Below, one piece after another: positions 63,521 through 64,000 of a stretch of DNA of 64,000 bases. This stretch comes from Amphiscolops sp. MND2022 (lineage: Eukaryota). The notes below the pieces were generated by a model that was not told where the DNA came from, searched no databases, and was given only the letters and a program-made list of their open reading frames with translations. The position numbers were made by a program, and so were the translations under genes. The stretch spans positions 25,730,001 to 25,794,000 of the forward strand of contig OZ076413.1 of NCBI GenBank assembly GCA_964187785.1. Reading direction: 5' to 3'. Each line of letters opens with the position of its first letter. The stretch's first letter is position 1.

Positions 63521-63897
63521 CAGGAATGGATTAAAATCAGATTTTTTAAAAAATTAAATCAGATTTTTTTTTTATTTTTATGGTTGATTTTTTCTTGATT
63601 TTAAATATTTTTTTGATTTTTTTCTGGGAAAACAATATTGTTTAAAAAGATGATGAAAATTCATTTCAAAACACTTCAAGCTTTGATTTATTCAAAACTT
63701 TGAAGCAGAGTAAAAGTTTGGCAGCTTTTTTCGATCTTTCGAATTTCTCCCAAACATCGGCAGATTTTCGACCGGGCCTATCTGAAAAAAAATCAATTTT
63801 CTGATTTCAATTTTTAAAAAATCATGATTTAAATCATGATTTCAATCAATGATATAAATCAATGATATAAATCAATGATATAAATCAACCATTCCTG
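63521..63897. mobile_element. hAT-type MITE
   Basis: TIRs CAGGAATGG/CCATTCCTG; perfect 8-bp TSD GTGAAATT (63513-63520, 63898-63905); internal ATCAATGATATAA x3. Confidence 0.9.
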
Positions 63898-64000
63898 GTG
63901 AAATTTTAATTGTAACTACACGAAGCGAACAATGTGTCAGCCAATTTATGTACATACTCGTGTAACACCCAGCCAAAGGACCACAATCTAGAACTGGGAA

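Noticed and set aside
63961-64000. TGTAACAC as the start of a new LTR
   Set aside because: Window ends; cannot be evaluated.

Overview
AT-rich eukaryotic (animal-like, intron-containing) nuclear DNA that is almost entirely nested retroelements; no prokaryotic genes, RNA genes or CRISPR. The species cannot be determined from the sequence. Main content: (1) a decayed minus-strand Gypsy element (~2.0-8.1 kb); (2) a complete 16.6-kb Gypsy element (8097-24662, 2-kb LTRs, perfect GAAGG target-site duplication) with unusual architecture: gag starts 114 codons inside the LTR and reads through the primer-binding site, and the 3' region carries a head-to-head accessory gene pair (a ~1300-codon antisense ORF resembling a zinc-finger/hAT-transposase derivative, and a sense ORF running through the PPT into U3); a 5'-truncated CR1-like LINE is nested in the antisense ORF; (3) a Copia element in tandem with the 3' end of a second copy; (4) two abutting giant DNA palindromes (422 and 148 bp); (5) a ~17.9-kb retrovirus-like Gypsy element (short LTRs, extra ORF before gag, gag, pol, an env resembling chuvirus/class III fusion glycoproteins, several post-env ORFs) inserted into a Helentron-like non-autonomous element; (6) CR1/L2-like LINEs, a hAT MITE with 8-bp TSD, and the last two exons of a probable plus-strand host gene. 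All LTR elements are on the minus strand. Protein family assignments are from motif recognition by eye and need HMM or structure confirmation.
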